Source: Amoebidium appalachense (Eukaryota; Protista; Ichthyosporea). Taken from it: 64,000 bases of DNA. The stretch spans positions 8,491,962 to 8,555,961 of the forward strand of contig CAVNZM010000007.1 in NCBI GenBank assembly GCA_963693365.1, written 5' to 3'. The number at the start of each line of letters is the position of its first letter. Within the stretch, counting starts at the first letter, position 1. The notes under the pieces are model-generated. The model was not told where the DNA came from and did no database searches. It saw only the letters and a program-made list of their open reading frames with translations. Below, one piece after another: positions 36,233-50,242 of the stretch. The translations under genes were made by a program, and so were the position numbers.

Positions 36233-37320
36233 ACGTGGTTGAGTGTACAGTACAGTAATATAAATAATAGTAGTACAGCTGTAGTCACCAATGTTGGTTA
36301 GTATGATTATTTACGCTTGCCGGGGAGTCCTTGGAGCTGCGCATTGCGCAACACTGGCTTAGCAGCACTGCGGCTCACGCTGATGCGCCAAAGCAGTTCG
36401 AGTCGCATGATCAGTGATACTCATCACCGTGGCCTACACCAGTCTGCCAGTGTGGCCTACAGCAAGCTTTGAAGTCTTATTGTAGCTTTCTTGAAGTTTG
36501 CATGAGCAGTGAGTCGCTGAGCACCGCGCACCACAGATTATCGTGACGGACATATTATGACAGTCTGTATGTGTGGGTTATGGTTCGCATGGCTCACTCA
36601 ACCATGTGAGATGCAAGTGGAAAAAACCTCAGTACAGCATTGTCGCCCATAATAATACCTAATCAGTGACACCTACATGACAAAAGAGCATATGTCGCTA
36701 TGCGGCAATAGGGACTAATATAATATTACATAGACTCACTAGCCCGGTTGCCAAAAGTCAATCCCGGTTGCCAATGCCATCGAACAGTGTCGATGAGGGA
36801 TGATGTATGTGGAGTGACAGTCAGACTCCATCTTGGTCGAGTCTACGCTAACTTGAGCCGATGGAAGGTGGCACTCGCGCACTTTCAAACCGACATGCGA
36901 ATGTGATACATATATATGTTACACTATTATTCATTGCAAGCACAGTTAAAAGAACCTGACATATGCATGCATGGTCACCATGGGAAAGTCTTGAATTATG
37001 GTCGGTGGCCCAGTGAGGCGGTGGTGCATAAGTTCACTGAGTGGCCACCCGTCGGACTGACAAATAGATAACCAACTTGGCAGACACCATATTTTTTAAT
37101 TTTGTTTTATGCGCATTTAAAAAAGACCATAGATGGCAAGGGAAACACCATGCCCGTATGCATATTCTCTCTAAATACAAGGTGCACTGGAGACCTGGTG
37201 TAATCTCTTTTCCTTCTCTCTCTTTTTTTCTTTTTCAGTTCCTTTTCCCACAATTCAAATTAGTACTGCTTACTGCCTACTTTCAAGTGGGGTGGGTGGC
37301 TGCCCCGGCCGGGGTTGCGG

Positions 37321-37339
37321 CGACTCGAGTGACGAGTCG
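37321..37339. promoter_or_regulatory. Hairpin/palindromic motif CGACTCG-AGTGA-CGAGTCG, followed by inverted CCAAT boxes (~37379-37422), upstream of the RGS gene
   Basis: An identical 18-mer occurs at 40770-40787, upstream of SPF30. The function is inferred only from position. Confidence 0.35.
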
Positions 37340-37953
37340 AGTCGCCAGACTCGCCACAGGCGCTCTTAGGCGCGCTGTTGATTGGCTGTCATCTACAGTG
37401 TTTGCCGGTGCGAGTAACCAATCATTGTCAAGACTCGCACTTTCATAAACAATTGGCAGCAGGGTGTGAAAATCGTGGCTACAAGGGCCATTTAGCAACT
37501 TTTCCCCTGCTTGAATGCCCATAATAGAACCACTAAGTGTTTTTATTTTTTCAACAAAGTTTTGGATGTATTAGTTAGAGCCATTGTTTATATAATTGGT
37601 GGACCTAACCTTAAAAGTTATGTACAATATTCGGTGTTTCAGGAACATAAACAGTCTAATTTCACAGTCTGGTTGGCGTGCGTGCGCTGTACAGTACAAA
37701 ATAGTACACATTTGCTTAGGCGCCTGGCCATTCAGATGGTGCATGTTTTTTTACAGCCAGGTTGCCACATAAGAATCATAAAGAACATCATTGTTAGTAG
37801 AGTGTGTCAAAACGCTGAATCAAGCCCCAATTCCGTTTCCCCGGGGCACCCCTTCACATTGCAGATCGCAAACATCACCTACTTTGTTCACAAGCCCAGA
37901 TGTAAGTTAACCGTTTGCTTTGAAGGGTTACGTTTCCAAGCTTGAGCATCAAA

Positions 37954-38661
37954 ATGTCCTACAGGCGCAAACGGTCGGCACCAGACATCAAAAACATCCC
38001 CAGAGTTGCTGCTGGCGCTAGAAGCAGTGCACCGAGTGTTTTAACCTTCGCAGGGCAAACACCCGGCGGAAACTTAACCCTTGAAGATGTGAAAAGAGAC
38101 CAGCACCTGGTACAGTACATGAGAGAAAGATGGTGTGCAGAGGCTTATGATTTCTGCGTCGAGGTAGAGTCGTTCGAGCAGCTATGCAGCTCAAGGCAAC
38201 TGCCATGCGACAGGTTACTCGCAGTGGCGCAAAAGTTGGCCGAGGACTACCATCTGCCAGATTCGCCTAAGGAGATAAACCTGGATGCTGGCACAAAGGC
38301 CGATATTCTGCGCCTGCTCAGAGTAGGGTTTGAAGGTGCACATGACGAAGGTGCACATGACGACAAGCATGAGACAGTTTCCTTCGAAGAATTGCAGCAC
38401 GTCTTTGACCGCGCGAAGAAAATTGCCTTTAGCACCATTCGAAACGATGTCATGACACATTACATTATCGATTGCGAGAACCTAACAGGGCCATACAGTG
38501 GGAAGACACCTTCTCCCTCCCCTTTCGACGCATCCCCTCTTCCCAGCCCGCGTTCGGCATCAAGGGTTTTCTCTCACGTGTATCAATATATGAGCTCGAT
38601 GGGTCACGGCGCAAACTCAATGACCCGGTTTTTCAGATCAAACTCTTCGGTCACCAATTGA
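37954..38661 (+). CDS. Stand-alone RGS (regulator of G-protein signalling) domain protein, intronless
   Basis: LTLEDV...YMRERWCAEAYDFCVEVESF...LAEDYHLPDSPKEINLD...VFDRAKKIAFSTIRND follows the RGS helix pattern, including the SPKEINLD signature. Confidence 0.82.
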   Translation: MSYRRKRSAPDIKNIPRVAAGARSSAPSVLTFAGQTPGGNLTLEDVKRDQHLVQYMRERWCAEAYDFCVEVESFEQLCSSRQLPCDRLLAVAQKLAEDYHLPDSPKEINLDAGTKADILRLLRVGFEGAHDEGAHDDKHETVSFEELQHVFDRAKKIAFSTIRNDVMTHYIIDCENLTGPYSGKTPSPSPFDASPLPSPRSASRVFSHVYQYMSSMGHGANSMTRFFRSNSSVTN

Positions 38662-41600
38662 CGCATCACCAACACCTCATTTCCATACACCGTTTTTTTT
38701 GTTTTTTTGTTGTACGTTCACACTGTCAGGTGCATGAACCAGTGTGAGGTCCAGACGTTAATATCCGTACCACTAGGGACACTTAGATTTCTTAGTTTTT
38801 TTTACAACCCGTAGTCCACATTTGCTCCAATTTGCTCCATGGGCATGGTTCAAGCTGTATGAATGTCACATCGTGTAAACCCATAATGAGGGCCTGAGAG
38901 TTGTTATAAATATATATAACTGCCCCGAAACCCATTATTAAGAGTGTAACATAATTTTACAGTTCACACATAAAAAACTCACACACACTACTTGCAGACA
39001 TGACTGCTCGTGTGTACATGTGGCTGTGTGTTGGAGACGAAAGGCACTTCGGAATTCCCGGAAGAAACTGAGATGGCACACTAAAAACACGTGAAACATA
39101 CCACCGTCAGACGGAGGGAGGATCATGGATTAATAAAACATCGGATTTCTATTTTCGGTGTAGTAAAAACGCCACCATCATGCCGGACAAACAGCATATG
39201 TATTTTGTGCCCAGAGTTCAATACTCCCTCCCCTCCATGCCCCTCCCCTCCCTCCCTCTCCCCACTTCCCCACCGTCCCTTCTCTGTCTTTCTCTATCTC
39301 GATGTTTCCCCTTAAGCCTTCTCCTCGTCACACACAAAGATCCAAAAAAATAAAAACAGAGCAGCGCTACATCACTATTGGAAAGCTTAGGAGGATATCA
39401 GCCGAGACGTTCTTTGCCTGGTTGCTGCCTGAGAGTAATTGAACATGGCACCTGGACCGGTGCGTGTAATTGAAACGCACATTAGGTATGCGTATTTAAC
39501 CGTGCACTGCGGTGCTTCAATGATGTTTATATGCCTCAGTGTGCTTAGTCACAACACAGTGCAAGTTGTGTTAGACGAGAAGAGGCAGCTATCAAAGAGA
39601 CACTGTGTCCGTGTGTGTGTGTGTGGCATATTCGTGTGGTCGAGGCGTACTTGGTGCGTCAAGGATGTATGCTTGCGTTTAGTATTAAGTGTTCAACTTG
39701 AGCTACCAGTGAAGGAGCGCCTCTCAAAGAATGGAAACGGCACACACGTGTGTGTGAGTACGCGTGCAGTGTGTGCGTGCGTGAGTGCGCTTGTGTTGGG
39801 TTTGTAAGAGGTGGAAAGGGTGGGGCAGGCGCAGGAGGAGGGGGGGGGGGGGGGTGGTTGGAGGGAGGGGGAGGGGGGAGGAGCGGGACAAGGAGGCCTA
39901 AAACTGAAGAGGGAGGGCGGCGCCGGGAGGGTTGAGGGAAGGGCAGGGGACCCCAGACTCTCAATATAGATCTGCAGCACAAAGCAAAACAGCACGACAG
40001 AAATTGCTATGCATATGTGCGGAAGTCGTTACACAAGGTTATGCAGCTGAACAAAAACCGCCCACGCGCGGGCGGGCGGGCGGGCGGGCGGGCGGGGAGG
40101 GGGGGGGGTCCAATCTTTCAGTGTCTATCCTGCATACCGTGATTTTTTTTAGTCTTGTATCTCACAGAACAGGCGGGAAGGAAAGCCCCTCAGGCAATCT
40201 TGACGGAAGGTTCGGCTTGTAGAAGTCAGATATGAGACGCACGATGTTTGCATAAGCCCTGGGAGTCCCTTATCTCGTCACCCCCTCCCCCAACCGCCCC
40301 TCCCTGACCCTCCTCTCTTCCCCTTCCCTCCTCCCTTCCCCTTCCCTCCCCCCTCCAACCCATCTCCCCACCCCCACCCCCTCCCCCTCCATCCCCACCC
40401 CCATACCTTCCCCCCACCCTCCCAATCCCCTCCCTTTCCTCCCATCTCCCCTCCCTCTTCCCCGGAATAATGGACCCCTATAGCCGTCCGTATGTATGCA
40501 CTGGGCCACCGCCTCGTAAGTTGCTTCTTGCTGCATGCCGACTAGCCTTCCACAACAATTGAGCCTGGAAAGGCCCCAGAGAAACGTACAGTAGTTGATA
40601 TATGAAGGATGCACTCTACGAAAGTTTTTTCCGCTGACGAGCGCCTTGACTTTCCTGAGCGCTGCCGCCCGTATATAGGGTATCCTATTGAGCACCTAAC
40701 TAAAATTTGGTAATTCAGTGAAATCGCACAGGTCAAATTTCTATAGGCAATCGGTTCAAAATGGCCCGTCGACTCGAGTGACGAGTCAAAGCCATGTTTG
40801 ATTTTTGCTGGTAATACTTGGCTACTGTGAAGCAGAACACAGTAGGCATATGGTTTTATCTATCTTCTCATATTAGTATAATATCTTATCATAGTAGGTC
40901 ATTCATGCCGATTACCTATCCACCGTCCTAATTTTATAGTTTTTTTCTTTCACACGATCTGCGATTGAAAGAGCCCAATCATGTGCTGATAACGTGGCAC
41001 GAAAACGTGCACCCGCTGAAAGCTCGCGAAAACGACTGACTCACAGTTCATTAGTTTCCTTCATTAATTTATAATAGCAACAATTTTACTCCGTAACAAC
41101 AACGTAGCACATAGAGGGTTGCACAGTGTATTCTTGTGACTCTGAAATAGGCTTTTGCAAAAGGGGGTCTTCGTGCTGAACGACAAACTTCGGCGGCACA
41201 CTTGCTGGCACGTTCACCTTGAACCTGCAAACCAGGATTTCTTGAAGTGGTAAGACTAACACCTTTTCCTTATCCTTTTTCACTCTTCACCCTTATTTTC
41301 TCTCCTCCACGCATTGTCCATTTCCCCCACCCACATCTCCGTGCACATTATTCAACTATAAGGATGTTTTCTGATCTCAAAAGGGCGTTTTGGTTACTTG
41401 GTAAAGTTCAACTGCCCTCCCCTCCCCTCCATCCCCCGTGGTTATCACACCATGCGAGTATACTTTATACAAAGACACATATTAATGCCAAAATGCTTGT
41501 GTTCCGTACGTACGGCTTGCAGTCTTTTCAAAATTGCTTGTTCGTTCCAACAGGGAGCAACTACTAGGAAGCATGTTTGGCGCCGAAGGGTTTTCCGTGG

Positions 41601-42054
41601 CTGATGTCACGGTGGGGTGGGTATGGGGTCGCCCCAGGTGGGTTTTGGGTGCATGGGGTCTTCGTATTCAGAAAGTGTTTTCTAGGCTCTTCCGTAGTAG
41701 TCTGCTTGTTGGTTTGGTTCTAGTGTCATGTGGGGCGCGCATGGGTGTTCGTGCTTGCGCATCTACGCCTGTGTTCATCTCGCTGGTGTGTGTGTGCCTG
41801 TTAGTGTCTGTGTGTGCGCATGATTGTGTATGTGTCTGTGTGTGTGTGCGTGTGTATGTGTGTGTGTTAGCTTGTGCGTGGGAGCGTGTGTGCTTGTGTG
41901 CGTGCCTTTGCGTGCATGTGATGTGTGTGGGAGTGTGTGCGTGCTTGTGGTTGTGTGTGTATGTGCCCCCTTCCCCCCTTCCGCCCCCCCCCCCCCCCCC
42001 CCACCCCCTCCTCCTTTTCCACTCTTCCTGCCCCTCCCCCCCTCCCCCCCCCCC

Positions 42055-42116
42055 TGCACGTGTCCTGCACCGTGCTTCTCATCGTGTATGTGTACTTCGT
42101 GCCGTGTTCCGCATCC

Positions 42117-42118
<2 letters not shown>
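42055..42118 (+). mobile_element. Poly-C-inserted retroelement, 64-bp 3'-end fragment
   Basis: TGCACGTGTCCTGCACCGTGCTTCTCATCGTGTATG...GTTCCGCATCCAA lies between C-runs and matches the 3' end of the terminal repeat. Confidence 0.85.
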
Positions 42119-42154
<36 letters not shown>

Positions 42155-42626
42155 CGGCAACACACACACACACACTACACCACCATCACCCACCCCTTCC
42201 CCTCACCCTCTCCTCTCTTCTCCTTGCACGGTTGCATCTCCTCTTTGTGTTCCTGTATGTTTGCCTACGTGTATGTGTCTCTGTGTATGCACATGGTTTC
42301 TTTTCTGCTCGATTCCTTTTGTCCACAATTGTGCTTGCGTGTGTGCGTGTATATCTGTACGTGTGCATATGTGTGTGTGTGTCCCCCCCCCCCCTCCCCC
42401 CCTGCTTTTGTGGAGGCATAGGAACCCCCCTGATGATGGGCTCTGTTAAAGTATCTTCTGCCTGCACGCTTAAATTGTTTGATTTTGAGTTTCCCATCAT
42501 TTTTGGTGACGTTTTTGTTGTTGCTTTTTGTTTTCTCGTCCATATTTCCGACCCTCTAACGCATACATCACCCCCTCTCCCCCCCTCCCCCTTCGTACTC
42601 TATAACACAATTACCCCCCCCCCCCC

Positions 42627-42672
42627 TATCCGTTTGTTCTTGTGTACTTCGTACTTTTTGACGCATTCAAAA
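42627..42672 (+). mobile_element. Poly-C-inserted retroelement, short 3'-end fragment of the diverged subfamily
   Basis: CCGTTTGTTCTTGTGTACTTCGTACTTTTTGACGCATTCAAAA-CCCC aligns with the reverse complement of 59046-59087 (CCCGTTGTTTATGTATATTTCGTTCTTTATGACGCATTTAAA). Confidence 0.7.
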
Positions 42673-43303
42673 CCCCCCCCCCCCCCCCCCCCCGGGCCCT
42701 TGCATGCCTGCAATTTCTCTGCATGTGCCTGTGCACTTGCCTACCTGTATGTGTGTCTGTTTGTATCCACATGCTCACCTTGCTGTGTATTTCCTTGACT
42801 TCCTCATTGGCATGTGTGGGGGGCGGGCTGGTGGACAGGCGGGTGGGCGGATGGACGGATGTTTACGTGTTTCTGTTGCACCCCCCCCCCCCTCCCCCCC
42901 CCCCCCAAAAAAAAAACAAAAACAAAAAAACCCCCAACCCCTCTCTTCTGCTTTCCTTACTTTGCGCATGCCTGCCTGTGTGCTTGGATGTCTGTGGGTT
43001 TCAGGTTTTTGTGTGCACAGGTCCTTTGGCCTTTCACATTTTCTTTATTCTTCCTGCGTGATTGAGTCATTAAGATATTTATTCCACCTGCTACACACAC
43101 ACCTTGTGACCGACTTCATTCTAACCGGAATACTGACCCCTGCTATGGAGTTGTTGCTCTTTTCCACCCCTGTTTTTTTGGGGGGAACCGAGTGTGTATG
43201 TGTAAGCGGATTTGCGTTTGTGTGTGCACATCGGTGTGCAGCACACGTTGAACATAAACACATGTTCGTGCCCGGTGTAACCCAATCTCCCCCAGGGTAC
43301 ACG

Positions 43304-43769
43304 ATGGATTCGGACCTGCAGACGTACCGCATGCAGCTGCAGCAGGTGGAGTCAGCCCTGCTGCTGGACCCCACGAACCAACAGCTGCTCAAGCTCAAGG
43401 TCATTGCCTGCATGCTTGTGCATGTACTGTGTGAATGTGGATGTACTGTGTGCATGCATGTGGGGATTACTGTGTGCTGCTTGTGGGTGTACTGTGTGCA
43501 TGCATATTGATACACTAGGTGCATACATATTGATTGCGTGCATGACATACTGTGTACTGCCTGCATGCATGTTGATGTACTGTATGCATGGCATAGATGT
43601 ACCTGTTATCCCTCCCCCTGCCCTCCCCCCCCCCCCCCCCCCCCCCCCTCTCCCCCCCCCCCACCCCCCACACAAACACACACACACACCACCACCACCA
43701 CCACACAGACACACACATGCGCGCACACGCACACGCACACGTGACACACACACACACCACACACACACA

Positions 43770-43832
<63 letters not shown>

Positions 43833-44268
43833 ATAGGTCAACAAATACATTCTGACCTTCGACATATACAGGTTGACCTCGAGCAGCTGATCGTTGTGTC
43901 CAGCCAGCTACAGCAGGGTGGGGAGGGAGGCGGGGAGGATGGGCACACGTGGAAAGTTGGAGATGTGTGTGAGGCCATGTGGCTCGAGGATGGCAACTAT
44001 TATCGCGCAATCATCGACACCGTGTCTGTGGATGGCCGGACAGTCACTGTGACATTTACTGCATATGGCGAGAGTCAGGAGTGCAACGTGTCGAGGCTCA
44101 GAAAGCCAAAGGATACACCTGGAGCAGGGGCAAAGGGTGCTAATGGCGGTGACAGTTCTGCAGGTGGGTTTTTGTGTTCACATATTACACCCCCCCACAC
44201 ACACAGCTACCCCTCAAACACACATACACACACGCGCGCATGCACACACACACGCACACACACGCACG

Positions 44269-44323
<55 letters not shown>

Positions 44324-44746
44324 CTTCCACAACTTAAATGGAGTTATGCAAACACAGCTTGAGAGTTGAAACTCCCATTTTATTTGCAGGCTGGTAGGGA
44401 GATCAATGGACCGTTTAAATATTTGAGAGGGTCTGTGGGTGGGGTTGGGTAGAGCTTGTGTGTGCACAGGTTGGTTGGTAGGCGGTTGTGTGGGCAGACA
44501 TGCATTCATGCAGGCAGGCGGGCGGGTGTATATGTGCATGTGTTTGGGCGGGCAGGCGGGCATGTATATTTGGACAGGCAGGCGGACATGTGTGTGTGTG
44601 TTTTGGGCGGCTGCAAGGGGGCGGGCGGCCGTGCAGGCGTGGATTCTTTTTTGAGGGGTGTGGTGTTGTGTGTGTGTATGTGTTTTTTTTTTTGGGGGGG
44701 GGGTGATGGTGGTGGTGGTGGTGGTGGTGGTGGTGGTGGTGGTGGT

Positions 44747-44797
<51 letters not shown>

Positions 44798-44869
44798 TGG
44801 GTGGGTGGGTGTGTGTGTGGGGGGGGGGGGGGGGGGGGGGGGGCAGATGCGTGATGGTTTTTTTTTTTT

Positions 44870-44962
<93 letters not shown>

Positions 44963-45298
44963 TCGGAGAGCGGGTAAAAGCAATAGCTGACTCTTGAACG
45001 CGCAGGGGAGGGCAAGAACAAAGACAAGGAGAAGCTGAAAGCCAAGAAAGAGAAAAAGCGAAACCGTTTGGCAGAGTTGGAAAAAGCAAAGGAGGGGGAG
45101 AAGAAAAAGTGGCAGGATTTCAACAAGGGAATCATCAAGAAGACAGGGAAGGAGAGGAAGAGCATCTTTGCTACGTCGCAGGAAGGGAAGGTTGGGGTGG
45201 TGGGGTCTGGTAAGGGCATGACGGACTTTGATAGAAACAGGAAATGGGCTCCTTCTACAAAGCTTAATACGATTGCCGCTCCCCCGGGTGCCCGGTGA
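43304..45298 (+). CDS. SMNDC1: Survival of motor neuron-related splicing factor 30 (Tudor domain). Exons approximately 43304-43399, 43872-44163, 45006-45298; probable 5'-UTR intron ~41250-43295
   Basis: N-terminal LQTYRMQLQQVESALLLDPTN, Tudor domain WKVGDVCEAMWLEDGNYYRAII, and C-terminal WQDFN...SIFATSQEGKVGVVGSGKGMTDF. Confidence 0.92.
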
Positions 45299-46518
45299 AG
45301 GCATGCGGTGGAGAGAAGAAAGAGGAAAGGGAGGGGGCGGCAGGAGAGGGGAGGGGGTGGGGTGGGGGGGAGTAGAGCACCCAGATGGAGTCGATGGATT
45401 CAAGTAGAACTTCGTGTCAGTAAGGTTAGTCAGTGTGCAAAGCTTTGCTTTGAAGTTCTTGTTGTGCTTTCTAATAGGCAGGGACGATTGTGCCATGTTT
45501 TTTCCGAATGTTTTATTGCCTTGCTGTGTCCACGCCTGAAACGCCAATTTGAAATTTGGAGCCACCACGTTTAGCTAGCACTCCAGCACCCTTTTTGGGC
45601 TTTTTCTGTTTTTCTCCTCCATTGCAATTGGTGTGTCAAAGGGTGGTTCACTGAACTGTTTTTGGTTAAGCAACTCTCGGTATCACAAGTACTATGATAG
45701 TTCAGCCTTCGATGGCAAAGAAATAAAGCGAAGAAATTCCAAACTTCAAAGTAAATCCTGGCGGACTATGGATGTGTGCGTACATGTGTGCATATACATT
45801 TATTAGGCCGTGCCAGTGGGCATATTGAGTTTATCACGTGTGTACATGTGTACATGTGTGTGTGTTTGTGTGTGTTAATGAAACTGGTGTGTGTACGCAT
45901 GCACATGGTGTACATGTGTGCGTTTGTGTGCCTAATTTTTTCTTTTTCTTTTCTTTTCTTAAGTTTTCTTTTCTGTTCCTTTATTTTTTTTTTTTTTTTT
46001 TTGTTGTTGCTTTTTCTTTTTTTTTTTGAGGGTTGGAGGGCAGGGAAGAAGAGGGGGGGGGGGGGGGGGGGCACGTGTTTGCAGACCTGGCATGCGTTTG
46101 CCTTTTACTTCCCTTATTATCGTAGCACATGTACACTCGGACCAGTCCGTAGTATTTTTCAAAACGATGGTTGCACCAGCCCAGCTAATATCATTAGATG
46201 CCGGCAACATATCATATGTTGATTTACACGGGAAAAAGAATATCGAAAATCAAAAACGTGAAAGGTGTGGCCCATGGCTTTTTAGCTGCACTGTCATTCG
46301 CACATATCACTACTCCAATTGAGGTTGTTCGGAGGGGTTGGGTGTAACGGAGTTAAATCTAACCTGCATGCTATTTAATAGTTGTGTTGCAGCCCCAAAC
46401 CCACTCCGTTATACAACAACCTTGCATACCAGCTCTAATTACGTACCGCTCGTAAGTTGTGTACATATTCGTGTTTTGTTTGGTGTGGTGCGCACAAGAC
46501 AGAGCATGTGTATAAATG

Positions 46519-46607
<89 letters not shown>

Positions 46608-46743
46608 CCGTGTGTGCGCGCAGGTGTGAAGTACTTGCGTGCATTTGTATACATGTGCAAGTGTATGCACATCTCTCTCTTCTATTAAACATCAATCACC
46701 CTACATTCCCACACCCCACACAACACCTCAACATTCATACCCG

Positions 46744-47119
46744 TCACTGCACAGCCGCGGTTGCCGCCGTCGCCGCCGCCATATCCGAGTGATTTAACAA
46801 CTGTCTACGAACCAGATATTTGCTATCGCGCACACTATCATGAAGGTGTCGCAGCCAGCGGTGGAAGTGTCTATGTCCGTGATACACCACACCTGCAAGG
46901 GCACAGAACACGTAGCTGTAGCGGAAGCAGAAGTTGCTCGTATAGTAGCTAGCACCTAGGAGGGTGGATGGGAGAGTCAGTGGGTGTGTGGGTGTAAAGG
47001 GGAGGAAGAAAGGGGTATGCTACGTGAACATCGTTATATGGTCAGAGAAAGGAAAAACGGCAACTAACATACAGGGAACTAATTGCCTTGTATGTGTACT
47101 GTGAATCTTACACGGGATG

Positions 47120-47157
<38 letters not shown>

Positions 47158-47379
47158 GGAGAGGGGGGGGGGGGGGGAAGTAGAGGGGGAAAGTGGGGAG
47201 CAGGAGAAGAGCAAGGTTAGCAAGGGAGGTGGACCGGAAGGGGGATGGGGAGCAAGCCAGAAAGGGAGAGAGTAGGCGGAGGGAGGGAGGGAGGGAAGGG
47301 GGAGGGACGGGGGGACAGGGAGTAATGCGATAGCGAGAAAAGAAGAGTATGGAGCGAGGAGGGGGAGAGACAGAGACTG

Positions 47380-47414
<35 letters not shown>

Positions 47415-47498
47415 TTTGTGTGGAGATGAAAACGGAATACAGTCAGGTTAGTCCAAAGAAACAACATGAAGGGAAGGTTGCAGCACGATAGCACATCC

Positions 47499-47529
<31 letters not shown>

Positions 47530-47606
47530 CGGCATGCAACACAAGCAGGTCTTGCCCATATCCATGGTATCCATGCTTCTGCCTGCCACGTACGGGAAGG
47601 AAGGAA

Positions 47607-47641
<35 letters not shown>

Positions 47642-48715
47642 AGACAAGAAAGCATACCCAGCCAAGGCAGGAGGCCTCTAGCCACGACATAAGGGCCGGT
47701 CAGAGCCAGCACCAGCATGCGCACCATAGGCCAGGCCACACGCTCAAGTATGGGCCGTAGCTCCATCTGCTCGAGGCCAGCTGCTTGTGCCTGCAGCAAG
47801 CACACGTGTGAGACATAAACTGGTGAGCATACAAATTTATGCGGGAATATACTACTCATATCGAAACACTGGAAAAACCAGTGTGCACAGAGATTGGCTG
47901 ACACTATGCCACAGTATCGCATCACTGGCTAGGTCAATGCCCGTATGTACACACAGCATAAGCCCATATGCAGCATTCACCATCGTTAATAGTTAAACCA
48001 ACCACCGCTTCTCCTATTTTAGACCGGATCTAGGTCGATCCGATCAAGGATTCAAAAATTGCCAACCTCGATCAGGTCTAAAATGGGAGAAGCGGTGGTT
48101 GCTTTAACTCCCGTCCGGCCTTTTGGTCCGAACCAGACATCCAAGGCCGCAAACAAAAGTGCGCTATTGCCTCTATCACCCATCCCCCACCATCACCTGA
48201 TGCAATTTGTGGTGTGAAGCACACACACCTGCATGTGCCCTTCAGGTGTATATGCCCTTCAGTGCAAGCACCCATATTCGCACACACATGCCCACACACG
48301 ACATCCCCCCCCCTCCCCCCCCATAGGCACGCACACACGCACGCACACACGCACGCAAACACACGCACACACACACACACACACACGCGCGAACGTACCT
48401 GCTGCAATATATCCCTGCTCTCATTTGGGGGGCCAGTAATGACGAACTTGTGTGCCATCTTGACCAGCACACAGCCCAGAGCCCAGCTCTGCAGCAGGTG
48501 GAACACGGCGTTCTCGTTTGTGGGCACAAACATGGGGGTGACCAGTAGCAGTTCGATCAGTAGGCCCGTAGCAACGGGGATCAATACCCCCCCAACGGCA
48601 AACAGGATGAGACCCTTGAAACCCTGCATGCAAAGCATGTCAGTAGAAATAAGCCGGTTGGGTACGGTTGGCTTTGCCACCTAAGCACACAAGCTCCCCC
48701 CCCCCTCCCTCTCTC

Positions 48716-48756
<41 letters not shown>

Positions 48757-50203
48757 TCCACCCCCACCCCACCCTCATCCCCTTCCCTTCCCCTTCTCCT
48801 TCCACACACAGACACGGACACACACACACACACAAATCAGAGAAAAAAATGGGGGGGGGGGGGGAAGGGGGGAGAGGGGGGGGGGGGGGGGGGGGGAGGG
48901 GATAGCCACCAAAGCCGTCCCACAAAGGCATTTCTTTGCTACCCGTCACACGCCCTATGTGTAGGGATCCCCTACGTGTGGTTGGATAAAAACTTCGTCC
49001 ACGGGTATTTATGATTGGTCCAGATCAAAAAACCGTTTTGGTAAGGGGAGCCCCTACGTAAACTGCTCCGTCTCATCATTAGCACCATGCTGATTTCTAA
49101 CAAGGGAAAGGTAGATAGAGCGATTGACGTGGGAAGCGTGGGGGAAGGGGGGGGAGGGGGGGGGGGGGGGGCTCTTGGATTCAATCAGGTCAGTGACTGT
49201 GGACTTATTATCAAGAATAGGGGAAGGACAAAACTGCATCACGAACAGCAAAGAACCTGAGGTAAAAAAACTCGAAAAAACAAAGGAGGAAGAGGAAAGA
49301 GAGAAACAATGGGGTCACGAACCAGGATAGATGTGCGGACCACAAAGGCCCACAGGGTGCGCATCTTATTGCTGGCCTGCAGGCCGGCAAGGACCCAGTT
49401 TGCAGCAAGAACAACCCCCCACAGGGCATAGAACCCCACTGCAAAGCTGTACAGGTCATGTGTCTGGTGCCCAAGGCTAAGATGCAGCACTGCACGACCA
49501 ATGCTCACTGCAGGAGAAAAAGGGGGGGAGGGGAGGGGAAAGGGGGTTTCGTGGTGAGTATCTTATGTGAGGGGCTAATGGTATCGATACACGAGGGGAA
49601 GCAACAATTACCACGCAGTGTTCAATTAGTGTCTTAGACCATTGGAGTCGGTAAACCAGAGAGCAACAACTCCTTTGCAACAAGTTTAATGTTCCATGTG
49701 CATCTTGCTCATCACATTACAACACCAGTGAGGACACATACCCATCGAGGTGCAAAACGATCGGTACTGTAAGGATATGTGCACAAGTGACACACACACA
49801 CACACACACTAACCCACCCACCCACCCACCCACACCCACACCCACCCAACAGATCTACACGTGTGGCTAAATGGGCCTACCAGGGATGGTCAGGAATGCC
49901 ATGTTGACAAGCAGTAGTGATGTCCATGCCATCAGCAGGAACATCACCACCTGCACAAGAACATTAAGTCAGTATGCTGGTCTGGGCTGCACCTGGGGCC
50001 CCGTGTGCTATTCCTTGCCTGATATGTCTTCGTTGTCTTTATTTCCGCAACAAATGGCGTGATGTGGGGGGAAAAAAAAAAAAAAAAAAGAGGAAGAAAA
50101 GAAAAAGAAAGAAAGAAAAAACCACCACCACCACGACCACCAAAAAAAACCCAAACAGCATACAGAGGACCTACCGTGCATGTGTAGGGAGGGAGGGAGG
50201 GAG

Positions 50204-50242
<39 letters not shown>

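Noticed and set aside
39000-40700. Possible minus-strand exons divergent from SPF30
   Set aside because: I could not build a consistent spliced frame or recognise a peptide.
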